DNA of 64,000 nt from Eledone cirrhosa (GCA_964016885.1 OZ024741.1:128464001-128528000), one strand, 5' to 3'; shown: positions 27,885 through 43,889, counted from the stretch's first letter. A program made the numbers and translations. The notes: generated by a model not told the origin, from the letters alone.

Positions 27885-28293
27885 CTCTCTCTATCTCTCT
27901 CTCTCTCTCTCTTACACTGTCGTTTTCTCTCTTGCCTTTTCTTCCTGTTTCTTTATTCTAATTGAAATGTCCTCCCTCCATCCTTCAGCTACATAGATCT
28001 GTGCATAACACTCCAATTTGCCTTTTTAATATATGGCATTGGATGACATCAGGGTTTTGTTTTCATTGCTGATGCTGCTGCTGTTGATGTTGTGTGTATC
28101 CGCCTTCAGCTGATATATGACACGTTTAAACATTTAAACCACTAAATATAACCAACAGAGTCATTAACTCTAAGATATTTTATACCACCATCTAAGTGTA
28201 AACCTTATACTACAATCCGTCATGCACTGATTGTTACTTTCTCTGGTGCAGTCTTGGTGCATCCTGTGCATATTGTACTTTCTTACCACTGAC

Positions 28294-29509
<1,216 letters not shown>

Positions 29510-29562
29510 AACATATATATATATATATAAATATATATATAAATATATATATATATATAAAT

Positions 29563-29749
<187 letters not shown>

Positions 29750-29857
29750 AGTAATATTATATATATGTATATAATAGTAATATTATATATATAGAGAGAT
29801 ATAGATATATATAATAGTAATATTATATCTATAGATATATAGATATAATATTAACGC

Positions 29858-30040
29858 TGGATTGGCCGTATCGGTAGAGGGTCGGACGCCATGCTTTGAA
29901 GCATAGAGTTACGGTCCTTGTCATTCTGAGTTCAAATCCCGCCGAGGTTAACTTTGCCTTTCATCCTTATGGGGCCGATAAAATAAAGTACCAGTAATAC
30001 ACTGGGTAATTGCTGGCCTTGTGCCAAAAGTAGAAACAAT

Positions 30041-30041
<1 letters not shown>
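29858..30041 (+). mobile_element. SINE, dominant family
   Basis: Full copy with A and B boxes. Confidence 0.85.
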
Positions 30042-30071
<30 letters not shown>

Positions 30072-30179
30072 ATAAATTAACGGAGCCATAGACTCTCGCC
30101 ATTCCCTGTGTTAATATAGCAAGAGTGCTTAGTTGTTCCATGATGGAGGCAAATGGTGGACCACCATTTGGTGGACCAA

Positions 30180-30211
<32 letters not shown>

Positions 30212-32320
30212 GTAGATAAATCTACCAAAATATACGGTAGTGTCAAATCCGTATGAAGAACTCAATGTAATCCAAATATCATGAAAAGAGAAGATGCATT
30301 CAAAAATTTTCGATGAAAATCACAGGAAAACAGAGTCAAGATAAATTAATAAAAACAATGAATAAAAACAAAGAACAAGTTCCTTATATTAAAAAAATCA
30401 TCATTTTACGAGCGTTTCTAGGATATATATGTGTGTTGGTATGTATATCATATAGATATATGCAAACATTTTACAAACTATCAGAGTAAATATACATACC
30501 TTCACATATATATGCTGTCTTCAGAAATAATGATATTTGTTTATTGAAAAAAACCCAACAAAGATTTAATATAATAGGTCTGTTTGGGAACAGGTTTTGA
30601 ATTGACCAATAGAAAAGTAGTAAGAGGCAAAGTTGATAGAATAGTAGTAGTAGAAATTTAATTTAGGGGTAGAGGAATGCAGACTTAAGTTTTGAATGGA
30701 AAGAATACTTTGAATGAAAAGAATACTTTGGGGATGAAAAGAGGTCAAGCCGGTGAAGGGTACACGAAAATTTGATGCTATTAAAGAATAATGTTAATGT
30801 TAAAAACGAAGGAGAATAACATTTTAGGGTAAAGGTGTTAGTGAGAAATACCAATCTTATTTAAAACACAAGGAATTTAGATCTATAACAAGAAATTAAA
30901 TTAATTGATAGGTATACTTATAGGGATAAATTTATATTAATTCATATGGATGTGATAAATAAGAATTAGATGTTATTAAAGAATGTTGTTAAAAACGAAG
31001 GAAAGTAAAATTTTGGGATAAATGTAGTAGTGAGAAATACCAATCTTATATAGACTACAAGGAATCTAGATTCATAACAGGAAATTAAATTAATTTATAT
31101 GTATACTTTTAGGTATTAATTTTAGGAAAAGAGAGCTGTAAGAGGGAAATAAAATTATGAAGTTCTCTGTAGTAAAGTACTAATTATAGGTTAACTAAAT
31201 TAAAAAAACTAAGTATAATAATATGTAAAATATAAGTGTAAGGTGTATATTAATTAGGTTTATAATAATTGAAAGTTCTTCTAATTCTATGATTGCAAGA
31301 TATAATTAATTCTTGTCGCTTATTTAATAGGCTATCCTTAGATTCATTATTTCAAAAAGTTCCTGGGAGCATAATCTACACTCTATGAGTTGAAATATTA
31401 TAAACCTAATTAATATACACCTTACACTTATATTTTACATATTATTATAATTAGCTTTTTTAATTTAGTTAACCTATAATTAGTACTTTACTACAGAGAA
31501 CTTCATAATTTTATTTCCCTCTTACAACTCTCTTTTCCTAAAATTAATACCTAAAAGTATACATATAAATTAATTTAATTTCCTGTTATGAATCTAGATT
31601 CCTTGTAGCCTATATAAGATTGGTATTTCTCACTACTACATTTATCCCAAAATTTTACTTTCCTTCGTGTTTAACAACATTCTTTAATAACATCTAATTC
31701 TTATTTATCACATCCATATGAATTAATATAAATTTATCCCTATAAGTATACCTATCAATTAATTTAATTTCTTGTTATAGATCTAGATTCCTTGTGGTTT
31801 AAATAAGATTGGTATTTCTCACTAATACCTTTACCCTAAAATGTTATTCTCCTTCGTTTTTAACATTAACATTATTCTTTAATAGCATCAAATTTTCGTG
31901 TACATTTCACCGGCTTGACCTCTTTTCATCCCCAAAGTATTCTTTTAATTTAAAGTATTCTTTCCATTCAAAACTTAAGTCTGCATTCCTCTACCCCTAA
32001 ATTAAATTTCTACTACTACTATTCTATCAACTTGCCCTCTTACTACTTTTCTATTGGTCAATTCAAAACCTGTTCCCAAACAGACTTATTATATTAAATC
32101 TTTTTTTTTTTTTTTTTTTTCAATAAACAGATATCATTATTTCTGAAGACAGCATATATATGTGAAGGTATGTACATTCCCTCTGATAGTTTGTAAAATG
32201 TTTACATAGATATATATGATATACATACCAACACACATATATATCCTAGAAACGATCGTAAAATGATGATTTTTTTAATATAAGGAACTTGTTCTTTGTT
32301 TTTATTCATTGTTTTTATTA

Positions 32321-32325
<5 letters not shown>
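30212..32325. mobile_element. Large fold-back PLE remnant with ~930-bp inverted arms
   Basis: ~30340-31268 is the reverse complement of ~31397-32325. Minus strand near 31255-31350 encodes NESKDSLLNKRQELIISCNHRIRRTFNYYKPN*, similar to the ORF end in the 22.6 kb element. Internal ~170-bp tandem duplication. Confidence 0.85.
32133..32270 (+). ncRNA. Type I hammerhead with ~99-nt extended stem II
   Basis: atcattattt CTGAAGA [32150-32248] GAAA CGATCG TA aaatgatgat. Insert pairs atatatatgtg/cacatatatat and ggtatgta/tacatacc. Confidence 0.7.
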
Positions 32326-32384
<59 letters not shown>

Positions 32385-33596
32385 GTAATGTTAATGAAAG
32401 TAAATTTCACTCATTTACTAGGTGTTTTTTTTTTTAGCTCTATGCAATGATAGGATCATGCAGATCAATTTGTTTACAAACCGAAGAATTCAAGAATTCA
32501 AGGCATTCAATAACTGACAATTGTTTCTTCTCACGGTTATCCTACACATAACGAATCATTTTATTGAACAATTTGCCATTAGTTAGAATAGATCGTGGGT
32601 GTCATCACAGTTTTATTGAAATACCAATACAAGTCACTCAGAAAAAATAGAACAGATAATACATATACATCACTCATCGAGGTATCAAGATAAAGTTTTA
32701 TAGTTAGAAATATATTTTAAAAAAACATCGTAGTCAGAAAAATATAGTGTCAGTTGTGTTTCTTAAAATGAATTGGAGTTCATAGTTTTAAAAAATAGTG
32801 TCATTTGTATTAAATGTTTTCCTAAAATTAATTTTAAAATATAAATTTTTAACAGAGCAATATTCATAGTTATCTGAAGCAATCCAACGGTTATATGGGG
32901 GCTTAAAAGATATTTACTGCAGACCAATTCTCCGAAAGCTGACCTTGGGTTAAACGTCAAAAACAGCAACATCAGCAACAACCAGAAGACGAAACATTTC
33001 ACAATATAACACGGAATCCTGACCCGGGTTTGGTCAGGGTGTTAATTGGAACCTCAGTATCACAAAAAATACGAACTGTTAAAAGGGCGGGTGAACTCCT
33101 CAGTGTCAACGACCATCTACCCCAACTATGGGTTAAATAGCCTCACCAACCCGCAATTAGCCTAGTGTGGTGAGTACAGCTACACCTCTGACATGATCAA
33201 AACCAAACAGAAATAATCGGTGAAGGTCAACAGTATGAGTGAGAATGCCCTGGATTGGATTGAATATAACCAACGTTTTCGTTGCCTTCATTTTACCGTC
33301 CATTTCACATTGCTTTATCCTTCTTAAACATATTATTTTCTACATTAAAAAAATGTTTTTCATGGATTCAATCTACTTGAAGATCACACAACACTCTCTG
33401 GCATGCTTTATTGTGTGTGGTGGAACGTTGTTGCAGCTTGTGCATGTTGTGCTCTCTCTCTCTCTCCACTGCCCTGTCCGTTTCTATACGCATGTTTGTT
33501 GTTGTTGTTTAACTCCATTTCTTTCCCGATTTAGCAAACTGTTTACCAAAAGCAATGACTCACACAAAGCTACTTCCCCCCCCCCCCCCACGCTGT

Positions 33597-33662
<66 letters not shown>

Positions 33663-33728
33663 TATGTTCATACCCAGAACAAAAGCGCCACCTAAGGTTT
33701 CAAGACTCAGTATTGACTATATCTCTAG

Positions 33729-33778
<50 letters not shown>

Positions 33779-34140
33779 TGTGTGTGTGTGCTTGTACAGA
33801 GAAATAGGGAGAGAATGAGAGAAAAATATATGGAGTGGGGGATGGGGCGAAAAAAACAAGATCAAGTAGCCAATAAATAAATGAAACAAAAACAAGTTTA
33901 TCCTTGTTGAGAAGGTTGTTTCAAGGGGGTAAAAAAGCATTCGACAAACAAAGGGTTTATTACACAAATACATAATACATTGCTTCATCGTGTGGAGCCA
34001 TCTACTATTGAGTAACTAATAAGTAACTACTTGGACGCTGTTTATATATTTTATCACAATTTGTCTTTGAAAGTTTCTTATTGATATTCATGCTAAGTAG
34101 CTGAAAATACACAATTTTATAACAATTTCTTGTTTGCATA

Positions 34141-34567
34141 GGGTGGTTGATTGGTAGTATCAGTAGAGCGTCAGACGCTATGCTTTGCAGCATAGAGTTA
34201 TGGTCCTTTATATTCTGAGTTCAAATCCCGCTGAGGTTAACTTTGCCTTTCATCCTTACGAGGTCGATAAAATAAAGTACCAGTAATGCACTCGGTAATT
34301 GCTTGCCTTATGCCAAAAGTAGAAACAATTATTTTTGCTTGGCAGTATCGGTAGAGCGTCAGACAGCATGCTTCGTGAGTTAAAGTTACGGCCCTTTACG
34401 TTCTGAGTTCAAATCCTGTCGAAGTTACGGCCCTTTACGTTCTGAGATCAAATCCTGCCTTTCATCTTTACGGTATCGATAAAATAAAATACTACTAACG
34501 CACTGGGGTTGATTTAATCGACTTTCCCCCTCCCTCGAAATTGTTGGCTTTTTGCCTAAACCATTAT
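34141..34567 (+). mobile_element. Tandem SINEs, dominant family
   Basis: Two copies; the second has an internal duplication. Confidence 0.8.
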
Positions 34568-35219
34568 TCTTGCTTTTAACATTTCAGAAGAGGTGGAATT
34601 TAGAAAAGAATACTTAAAACAAATTGTTATAAACATTTTTTCTAGACCTAACATCGTACCTAGTTTGATAGAAACGCTGCAAAGGAGCCTCTACACAGGT
34701 GCATGCATTGCTAGAAATAGCTGCCAAATCTTTCTTAAATTACAACCTACTGTCTTAAACGAGAAAAAGAAAGGACATGTTAGATATATTTGGAGAAAAA
34801 AAATAAGAGATGGTCACATCTGGAATACCTTTGATCATAAGTCACCTCGATGAAAGTTGGCCTGGTGCTAAACAGCAACAACAACAAAAACAACAGCGCC
34901 AGGAAAAACAAGAATATCAAGCATTTATTGACTGATATGTTTCACAAATATAACATGGAATATATAACTTCCATTTAAAACATTTCTTCCTACATAAGTC
35001 GACGATTTTCGTATCCTTTACTGTCTTCCAAGGCCTCAAAGGTTTATGAAGGAGCGAGGGTGAACAGAAGGTATCCATCACCGGACACTTGGTCCGAATG
35101 TTTGCAATAAAGTAAACTGTGTTAAAAAGCATCCAAAGGCCATCGGGATAACCATCTTCTTGGGAGACTCGTTGGTGTAGAGTCCTCAGATTTGCCTTCG
35201 AGATTATCCTATCAGAAAG

Positions 35220-35500
35220 CAACTGTCTCCAATTGATCTGGTTGAATCCCCAAGTAAGACCAACCGAGCTTACGGATGTTATCCAACCACCTTCCTCGTA
35301 CCCGTAAAATATGTTCAGCAATCATTTTCTTAGAGATTCTAACGACATACCCTTACTATCAGAGCTGTGATCTCTCATTTTGGAGAAGTAGTGGCTTTTA
35401 CCTGGAGCGACTCCCTGATCACCGAGCTACGCACCCTATCGAGTAACGTTACTCCAAAGACCCTTCGGAAGAACCGCATTTCGACCGCTTCTATTCACAA
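35220..35500 (-). pseudogene. RTE-clade LINE fragment (same family as 49355-49850)
   Basis: Shares ctatcgagtaacgttact..aagacccttcgga and ggatgttatcca with the 49.5-49.7 kb copy. Confidence 0.65.
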
Positions 35501-35752
35501 TTTGAAATCGGAACCTAAAATTCTGGAACAAACACGACAAGGCATTCTTATTCGATGCTTTTACAACTACACCAATCAATCAACCGATATTGATAGATAT
35601 TTAATTTTATCGAATCCAGAAAGATGAAAGTTAAAATTGATGTCAGCGGGATTAGAATACGGAACGCAATTACTACAAGGGATTTGTCCGACGCTTTAAC
35701 GATTCTGCCAATCAATCTTCTTTGACGGTCAAGCAATAAAAAAAAATTCTAA

Positions 35753-36190
35753 TTTAGGCACAAGGCCAGCAATTTTAGATTAGGGGAAGTCGATTTAATC
35801 GGCCTCAATGCGTTGCTGGTACGTTATTTTTACCGTCCTCACGCAGGATGAAAGCAAAAGTTGGCATGAGTGAGATTTGAACTCATAACATAAAGAACCG
35901 GAACAAATACTGCAAGGCATTTTGCCCGATGCTCTAACGATTTTCCCAATCTACCATCCTCAGCCAACTAATTTACACGCAAGTTTCATTTACAGTCCAA
36001 CAATTTTGATGGGAGGAGAAAGTCGATGAAATCGATCCCAGTGCTTTACTAGTACTTTATTTTATCGACCCCGTAAGGATGAAAGGCAAAGTTAACCTCG
36101 GCGTGATTTGATCTGAGAACGTATAGAGCCGTAACTCTAAGCTATAAAGCATATTGTCCGACGCTTTAACGATTTTGCCAATCCACCACC
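35753..36190 (-). mobile_element. Tandem SINEs, dominant family, minus strand
   Basis: tttatcgaccccgtaaggatgaaaggcaaagttaacc and a more diverged neighbour. Confidence 0.75.
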
Positions 36191-36933
36191 CTCAGTCAAC
36201 TAATAAATAATGAAAAAAGAAAAAGTCTAGTACTGACATACCTTTAAGAATGCGCAGTCACCTAGAAATTGCGATAAAGGAAATTAATTAGAAAGGACAA
36301 AATACCTTGTGAAGAGATAAAATTCATAGATTGAAAAGAGCAGATAAAGCTGTAAGTTATCATATAACATAAAACTATAGGAATGTTATCAGGTAAAACT
36401 AATCGTGCATTAAAAATAATTACACAGCAAATAAATGAGATAGATATAAGACAGAGGCATAAAACCAAGTAATATCTACCATAGTTGGCATGTATTTATA
36501 GTAACTAAAGCTGTTGGTGTTGAAATATATGAGAAAACAACACAATACAGACAAATAATTAAATATAAGCTGGGAAAAAAAGCGTTTTCAACATAGATTA
36601 GAAACAAAAGATTTGATGGGATTTCGAGGGAAATGAGAAAGGGTGTGACAATAAATATGATATTTAAAACAAACAAAACTACACAGAAATATATCTGACA
36701 AAAACCCCCCTAAAACGACAAAATTAACAAATTGGCAGAGGCGTTAGATCATTAATGGACTTCCGTCGGTTACGATGATGAATGTTACAGTTATTCGATT
36801 TAACTTGATTCCTAATAAAGTAAAAAATAAAAAAAAACGATCTGGGGGTTAGTTGTGGAGGTTTTCGTTAGCCTCCCTTCTGTCGTGTTTTCTAATGACT
36901 ATCACCAAAGATTGAAATGATTTTGGTGATAGC

Positions 36934-37008
<75 letters not shown>

Positions 37009-37477
37009 CTTTCTTTCTTTCTTTCTTTCTTTCTTTCAATTTCTTGGTCTGAAAACTTTTCTTTTGTGACTTGCAATGAAAAACTATATCGCCAGTATAA
37101 TACAAATTTTATGAAGACTATGGATTTATGGGTAGTGGGGGAGCCGTTATGACTTACGGCGTGTCTTGGGCATTTAAAATCTAATGGAGCCCATTTACTC
37201 CTCAAAGAAAAGAAAGCGGGGGTGAGTGAGAGAGGAAGTGAGAAAGAGATAAAGAGGAAGAATCCAGAACTTAATAGGTACTTTTTTTTATCGACTGCGA
37301 AAGAATGAAAAACAAAGTTGAACTCAGCGAGATTTCTACTCAGAGAGTGGAAAGCCGGAACTAATACTGCAAAGCATTCTATATTACATTCTAATGACTC
37401 TGCCAACAAAAATAATACTATAGCACAAATAATGATTTCTTTATTTCTATATATATTTAAATTTCATTATTTCATTC

Positions 37478-37878
37478 GGTGGATTGGCAGTATCGGTAGA
37501 GGGTCGGACGCCATGCTTTGGCGCATAGAGTTACGGCCCTTGCCATTCTGAGTTCAAATCCCGCCGAGGTTAACTTTGCCTTTCATCCTTACGGGGTCGA
37601 TAAAATAAAGTACCAGTAATGCACTGGGATAATTGCTGGCCTTGTGCCAAAAGTAGAAACAATTATTTCATTCAATTAAATGACATTAATTTAGCTGGCA
37701 GTATCGGTAGAGGGTCGGACGCCATTCTTTTCAGCATAGAGTTAAGTCTCTTTACGGACTGAATTCAAATCCCGCCGAGGTTAATTTTGCCTTTCATCCT
37801 TACGGGGTCGATAAAATAAAATACCAGTAATGCACTGGGATAATTGCTGGCCTTGTGCCAAAAGTAGAAACAATTATT
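37478..37878 (+). mobile_element. Two tandem tRNA-derived SINEs (dominant family; central domain resembles the MetaSINE domain)
   Basis: A box TGGCAGTATCGG, B box GAGTTCAAATCC, body gcctttcatccttacggggtcgataaaataaagtaccag, tail gtagaaacaattatt. More than 25 copies in the window. Confidence 0.85.
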
Positions 37879-38230
37879 TTAGCGTTTGTTTGGAGTATTG
37901 AGTACTCTGTGACTATTACATAGAGTTATATCAAAAGGTGCATTATGAAGTATTTCTAGTAAACTCGTGATTTTTAAACAAACAGAGGACTTTCTATGTA
38001 CAAAACCAGAGGCCTCAAGAAAAATTTCACAAGACAGAACAAGATTTTTTCGGACTTTGATGCGGTGAGGACTTTGTATGAAACATATACATAAGATGAA
38101 TACGTATACCAGGTTCCATGTTTGTTGTACAGCTAAGCGACTCCTTGGACAAATATCTTCCACCCCATAATCTCGGGTTAACTAATGAATTGTGAGGGGA
38201 ATTTGATAGGCAGAACTTTAGAAGTCTGTC

Positions 38231-38338
<108 letters not shown>

Positions 38339-38762
38339 ATCCGTCTTCGTGTTTATGTCCCATAACTTAGCGGTTCGTTAAAATGAGAACGATAAAATTA
38401 ATCCCAGACTTGAAAAAATAAGTACTGGAGTTGATACGTGATACGGCCGACTAAATCAAGGTGGTGCCCCAGCATGGCCACTGTCTAATGGCTTAAAGCA
38501 ATAAAACAATAAGAGAATATAGTACCATCACATGGTGTAAAGTAAACAAAAAAAAAACAAGAAGAAAAACAAATAATCAACAAAAAGCAAACACAAATAA
38601 AGACTCTTACAAAAAGTTGACACCAAAATAATAGAAAGATAATAGTAAATGCACAAAACAAAAACTTTGTTAACTAGAAATATCAAGAATTTGTAGAATG
38701 ACACAGAAATTCCTTTAAATAATTACTATTGTTTTTAAAAACTATTGTTAATTTTGCACTGG

Positions 38763-39025
38763 ACGACTACTACTACTACTATTACTACTACTACTACTAC
38801 TACTACCACCAACAATAACAACGACACTACTATTACTACTACTACTATCACCACCAACACTACTACTACTACTACCACCACCACCACCACCATCACCACT
38901 ACTACTACTACCACCACTACTACCACCACCACCACCACCACCACCACCACCACCATCACCACCACTACTACTACCACAACCACCACCAACACTACCCCCC
39001 CCCCACTACTACTACTACTACTACT
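38763..39025. repeat. (ACT)n/(ACC)n trinucleotide microsatellite
   Basis: Direct reading. Confidence 0.95.
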
Positions 39026-40956
39026 CCATTCGGAAAAAAAGCAAAGTTAACCTTGGTGGGATTTGAAACTAAATAGTCAGAGAAAATATCGCAAGGTATT
39101 TTCTTCGATGCTCAACACCCGGCCCTCAATGATAATTTTAATTAATAATGGTTTCTGATTTAGGCACAAGGCCAGCAACTTTGGGCGAGGGGAAAGTCGA
39201 TTAAATCTACCCTAGTACTGGTACTTTATTTTATCGACTCCGTAAGGATGAAAGGCAATGCTAATCACGGTGGGATTTGAAAATAAAGAGCCGGAACAAA
39301 TACCGTAGGGTATTTTCTTCGATACTCAATATTCCGCCCTTAATGATAATTTTCATAATAATAATAACATCAACAACAATAATGAAAATATTTCTATATA
39401 TAAATTATCGAAGTGTTATGTAGTTTTTAATTTATAGAAAATGTAGGAATCCCAAATGCAGAACATAACCGTAACCACAGTCGATTGCTATAAATAGTAA
39501 TTTAGAAAATCTGGTAAAATACACCTGTAGACGGAAACAATTGCCAGCTGCCGCTCCGAAAAACCGAACTTTGTATCTCTTAAATTCCAGTTGAGTGCTC
39601 TAACTATTGAGCTAAACGACGCCTGACAACAATTTCCATTTGAAATAGAAAGCTATACGATGATGGATGTTCCAGTTGCTCGATTAAACAAACAGCCTGC
39701 TCATTAAATTAATGTATATGTAGCAGAGAATCCCACAGACACGTGCACCTGTTTCAGCGTGACAACATGTGTGCCAAGTCAGTCCGTCTGACCGGATTCC
39801 AAATAGTTTCCGCCTACCCAACTTACGAGGTATGGGTCGACCCAAGGCTATTGTAAATTACATTTGCCCAAGATGCCGCGCAGTGAAATCGAATTCAGGA
39901 CCTTATGATTACAAAATGAACCGCTTAACCATTCAGTCATGCTGCATTTGGAGTCATTTAAGCTATAATACAATGATTTGTGGAAGATTGTGCACGAGGA
40001 TTTGTCACAGCTTCCATTTGCCAACTTCTAGGTCAGCTTAGAATCAAAGAAGAGCAACGATCAAACGTCTGTCAGAGACAACTGAGGAAAGCTCAATATG
40101 ACTATGGTCAATGAGGAATGATAACTGGAAGTGAGTTAGGATAACTCAAGTCATGAAATTTGATTGATGTTTAAATGGATGTGAAGTGTTAGTTCTACTG
40201 ATGGTCTTTGTGGCCGAGTGGTATAAACCACAAGAATTGGTACCCATATCACTCGCTGGAAGAGAAAATAAAACAGTAGGAGGACACCTAGCAGCCATGA
40301 CCTAGGTAGGACCAGCTCCCTTAGAGTGTTAGGAGAAATCAAAAGCCGAAACACTTGCTTGATGAGAGTTCTTTCTCTCAAGATCCTACTTCTGTCCGCT
40401 CGCCCCATCGCGAGTTACCGCCTACACTTGCCTAATAAGCACACAGTGAAATCGACCCCCGGACCTAATAATTATGAAGTGAACCTCTTAACCATTCAAC
40501 CATGCTGTATACTCAGCCACCTAAGCTATAGTACAGTAAATATCTTTTACATACGGCTGGCTACAACTCAAAGGAAAATGTATATAATATACACATGAAC
40601 CTGACAATGAAAAATTACACTAAGGTAATTTAGCATAAACCCAGTCTAGCACAGAGCACATAATTAGTCTGACATCCTTCTCAGTGGCAAAAAATGACTA
40701 TAGTAAGCTAATTATCTTCATAGTAATATGAAATCACTGTAATATTGTGCAAACGTGAGCTGAAAAGCTAAGGAATTACAACGTCTTAGCTGTAAAATTA
40801 AAAACATTATGACAGTTAAGGAATGTGTCTATCATCCTATTTGTAATTGGTACAACTGGAATGAAATACAATCACTTCTGTAAAGACTTTGACAGATTAC
40901 CTAGAAGGGTACATATAGACACATTCCAGAACATATCAACATTAGCATATGTATAG

Positions 40957-41002
<46 letters not shown>

Positions 41003-41262
41003 GAGCGCATCTTTCTCACACATCATATGTTAGTCTTGAATGTCATCGTCAACATTCTCAACATCATTATCACCATCATTACAACAACAACAACAACGAC
41101 GACGACGATGGTGATGATAGTATAAGGGCCCAAGATATTGAGGACAATACAAGGACGAAAACAACAAAGAGGTGGGTTTACATCGAGGGAAGGAAAGAGG
41201 TTATCACGGAAGAGAAAACAATAGGTATAACAAGATGAAGAAATTTAAGACACCTTTTGCAT

Positions 41263-41798
41263 CGGCAGTATCGGTAAAACGTTAGACAACATGATTTACA
41301 GCTTAGAGTTTCAGCCCTTTACATTCTGAGTTCAAATTGCTTTTCATCCTTACGGGGTCGATAAAATAAAGTACCAGTCACGCACTGGTTCGGTTTCATC
41401 GCCTTCCCCCTTCCCCCAAAATTGCTGGCCTTGTGCCTATATAAGAAACCATTATTATTATTACCTCCCTGTATGATCTGAGTTCAAATCCAGCCAAGGT
41501 TAACTTTGCCTTTCATCCTTCCGGGGTCGATAGAATAAAGTACCAGTAATGCATTGGGTAATTGCTGGCCTTGTGCCAAAAGTAGAAACAATTATTATTA
41601 TTATCGGTAGAGTGTCGGACAACATGCTTTGCAGCACAGAGTTACAGCTCTTTACAGTCAAATCCCGCCAAGGATAGCTTTGCCTTTCATCCTTACGGTG
41701 TCGATAAAATAAAGTACCAGTAATGCGCTGGAGTCGATTTAATCGACTTTCACCTCCCCACAAATTTGTTTGGTTTTGTACCTAAATCAGAAACCATT
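41263..41798 (+). mobile_element. Three tandem SINEs, dominant family
   Basis: Central domain repeated at ~41340, ~41510 and ~41685. Confidence 0.8.
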
Positions 41799-42189
41799 TT
41801 CTAGACTCCCACTGTTTTTATTTGGTATCAATTAAAAAAATAACTCGATTTCCTAATGGAAATTAGTAAATGAACGTAACACACCATGAATTCATTATTT
41901 ATACAGTCGAGTGTGTTGGGTTCGGCATAATCGGTTTCGCATTGGACAATATACTTTGTTTCATTTGTTATGACTCATTATGTTCTGAGTTCAATTCCCA
42001 CCGAGGTCAACTTTGCTTTTCATCCTTCCATGGATCGTTAAAATAAAGTACCAGTAAAGTACTGGACTCCTCCATATGATCCACTTAGTGGTAAGTTTTT
42101 GTTTGGACGAGTAGGTCCCTTTTAACGCGCGTGTGTGTACGTATGATACACTGAGGTTAATTCTGAGGAAGTAAGAGAAAGAAAGAAAG

Positions 42190-42275
<86 letters not shown>

Positions 42276-42409
42276 CGTGTACGCAAGTGAATGTGTTTGT
42301 GACTATATATATATATATAGTCACAAACATTCACTTGCGCAGATTCACACACAAATATATATTATGTGTGTGTATCTGCGCAAGTGAATGTGTTTGTGAA
42401 TATATATAT

Positions 42410-42543
42410 AATTGTTTCTACTTTTGGTATTACTGGTACTTTATTTTATCGACCTCGTAAGGATGAAAGGCAAAGTTAACCTCGGCGGGATTTGAACTCA
42501 GAATGCGTCAAAGCATGGCATCCGACCCTGCCGATACTGCCAT
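42410..42543 (-). mobile_element. SINE, dominant family
   Basis: Reverse-complement central domain and B box. Confidence 0.75.
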
Positions 42544-42566
42544 TCCTTGTGAATATATATATATAA

Positions 42567-43200
42567 GGATCGATCGACTTTCGTCAAATCGGACCGAGTA
42601 ACTCCAGGTAGAAGGAGCAACGTAAACAAACATCCCGAATTAAGCCGTACAGTGTTTAGCAACCATCATTGCCCTTTTGTTCAATACTGACAAAGGAACG
42701 ATGTACTAGTTTCAAGCTTATTAGCTATCGTCAGCACAGTATACCTTCCTGACAGATGATTGAACGTCTGAAAGTATATACTTTCCTTATGCATATTAAC
42801 GGCTGAGCAGTCTAATTTGCATATCGAGTGAGTTAATCGGCCGGGCGCACCGACAACGATAAATGGAAAAAATGAAACAAAATTTCATTTCTCACTCTTA
42901 GTACGGCTGTTACTTAAATATAAGTATGTATACGTACATACATATATGTATACAGACGTACAGTAGTATGTATATATATACATACATGCACACATATATA
43001 TATGTACGTATGGATTTACCGAACCTTTATTATAATGCTCAGTTTGTTTGTAAACAAACATCCCGAATTAAGCCGTACAGTGTTTAGCAACCATCGTTGC
43101 CCTTTTGTTCGGTAAATCCATACGTACATATATATATGTGTGCATGTATGTATATATACTACTGTACGTCTGTATACATATATTTATGTACGTATATATA

Positions 43201-43203
<3 letters not shown>
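42567..43203 (-). mobile_element. Retrozyme-like HHR element, copy E (428-nt unit, third permutation, plus inverted arm 43107-43203)
   Basis: gtaaacaaacatcccgaattaagccgtacag at 42622 and 43050. HHR at ~42699-42740 (-). Confidence 0.85.
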
Positions 43204-43261
<58 letters not shown>

Positions 43262-43264
<3 letters not shown>

Positions 43265-43805
43265 CCTACATGTAATTAATACACATAGTCCGATCGTATG
43301 TCAGTGTAGTTCAATGGCAAGTTAATAAATTAACAAGCCAGAACATATAAAATCAGGGAGTGTAAACACAGAAAATATCCTAAAAAATATATAAAAAATA
43401 CAGATTCCAAAAAATTCACTGTACTTACTATATGTACCCTTACCGCGGTTTCAGATCCCAAACAAATAGATAATCCAAGCGGATTTCCATTGTGAATTGG
43501 TCGTTTTAACGGCTGTTATTTTTAGCTGCACGGTATTGACCTGTCCACCTTGCTTTCAGTCTTTACACACGGTACTAGACAAAATTGTTTCATCATTCAT
43601 ATGCTGGGGCAGTTTTGTATGGCACCAGTTTGTAATTTGAACTCGAGAATTTTATATTATCCGAGAGAGAAAAGCCTTCTCAATGGAAATCCGCTTGGAT
43701 TATCTATTTGTTTGAGATCTGAAACCGCGCAAAGGGCACATATAGTAAGTACAGTGAATTTTCTGGAATCTATATATTTTTATATATTTTCTGTGTTTAC
43801 AATCC

Positions 43806-43810
<5 letters not shown>
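43262..43810. mobile_element. Fold-back insertion with partial HHR-like motif
   Basis: Arms ~43350-43492 / 43681-43810. GAAA CCGCGG TA aggg on the left arm (-). Tail on the left. Confidence 0.7.

Positions 43811-43889
<79 letters not shown>

Noticed and set aside
32763-33002. Signal-peptide-like stretch KCFVFWLLLMLLFLTFNPRSAFG on the minus strand
   Set aside because: No ATG at its start (begins at GTG, with a stop shortly upstream) and no other exons identifiable; could be chance.
38735-39050. Poly-Thr / poly-Val ORFs (mucin-like)
   Set aside because: Pure trinucleotide microsatellite with no supporting exon context.
39545-39625. tRNA-like sequence on the minus strand (tagctcaatagttagagcac...gttcg)
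   Set aside because: T-arm and acceptor stem do not pair; more likely a decayed SINE head than a tRNA gene.
40340-40385. gccgaaacac..ttgatgagag..ctc hammerhead-like words
   Set aside because: Order and stems do not assemble into a valid hammerhead fold.
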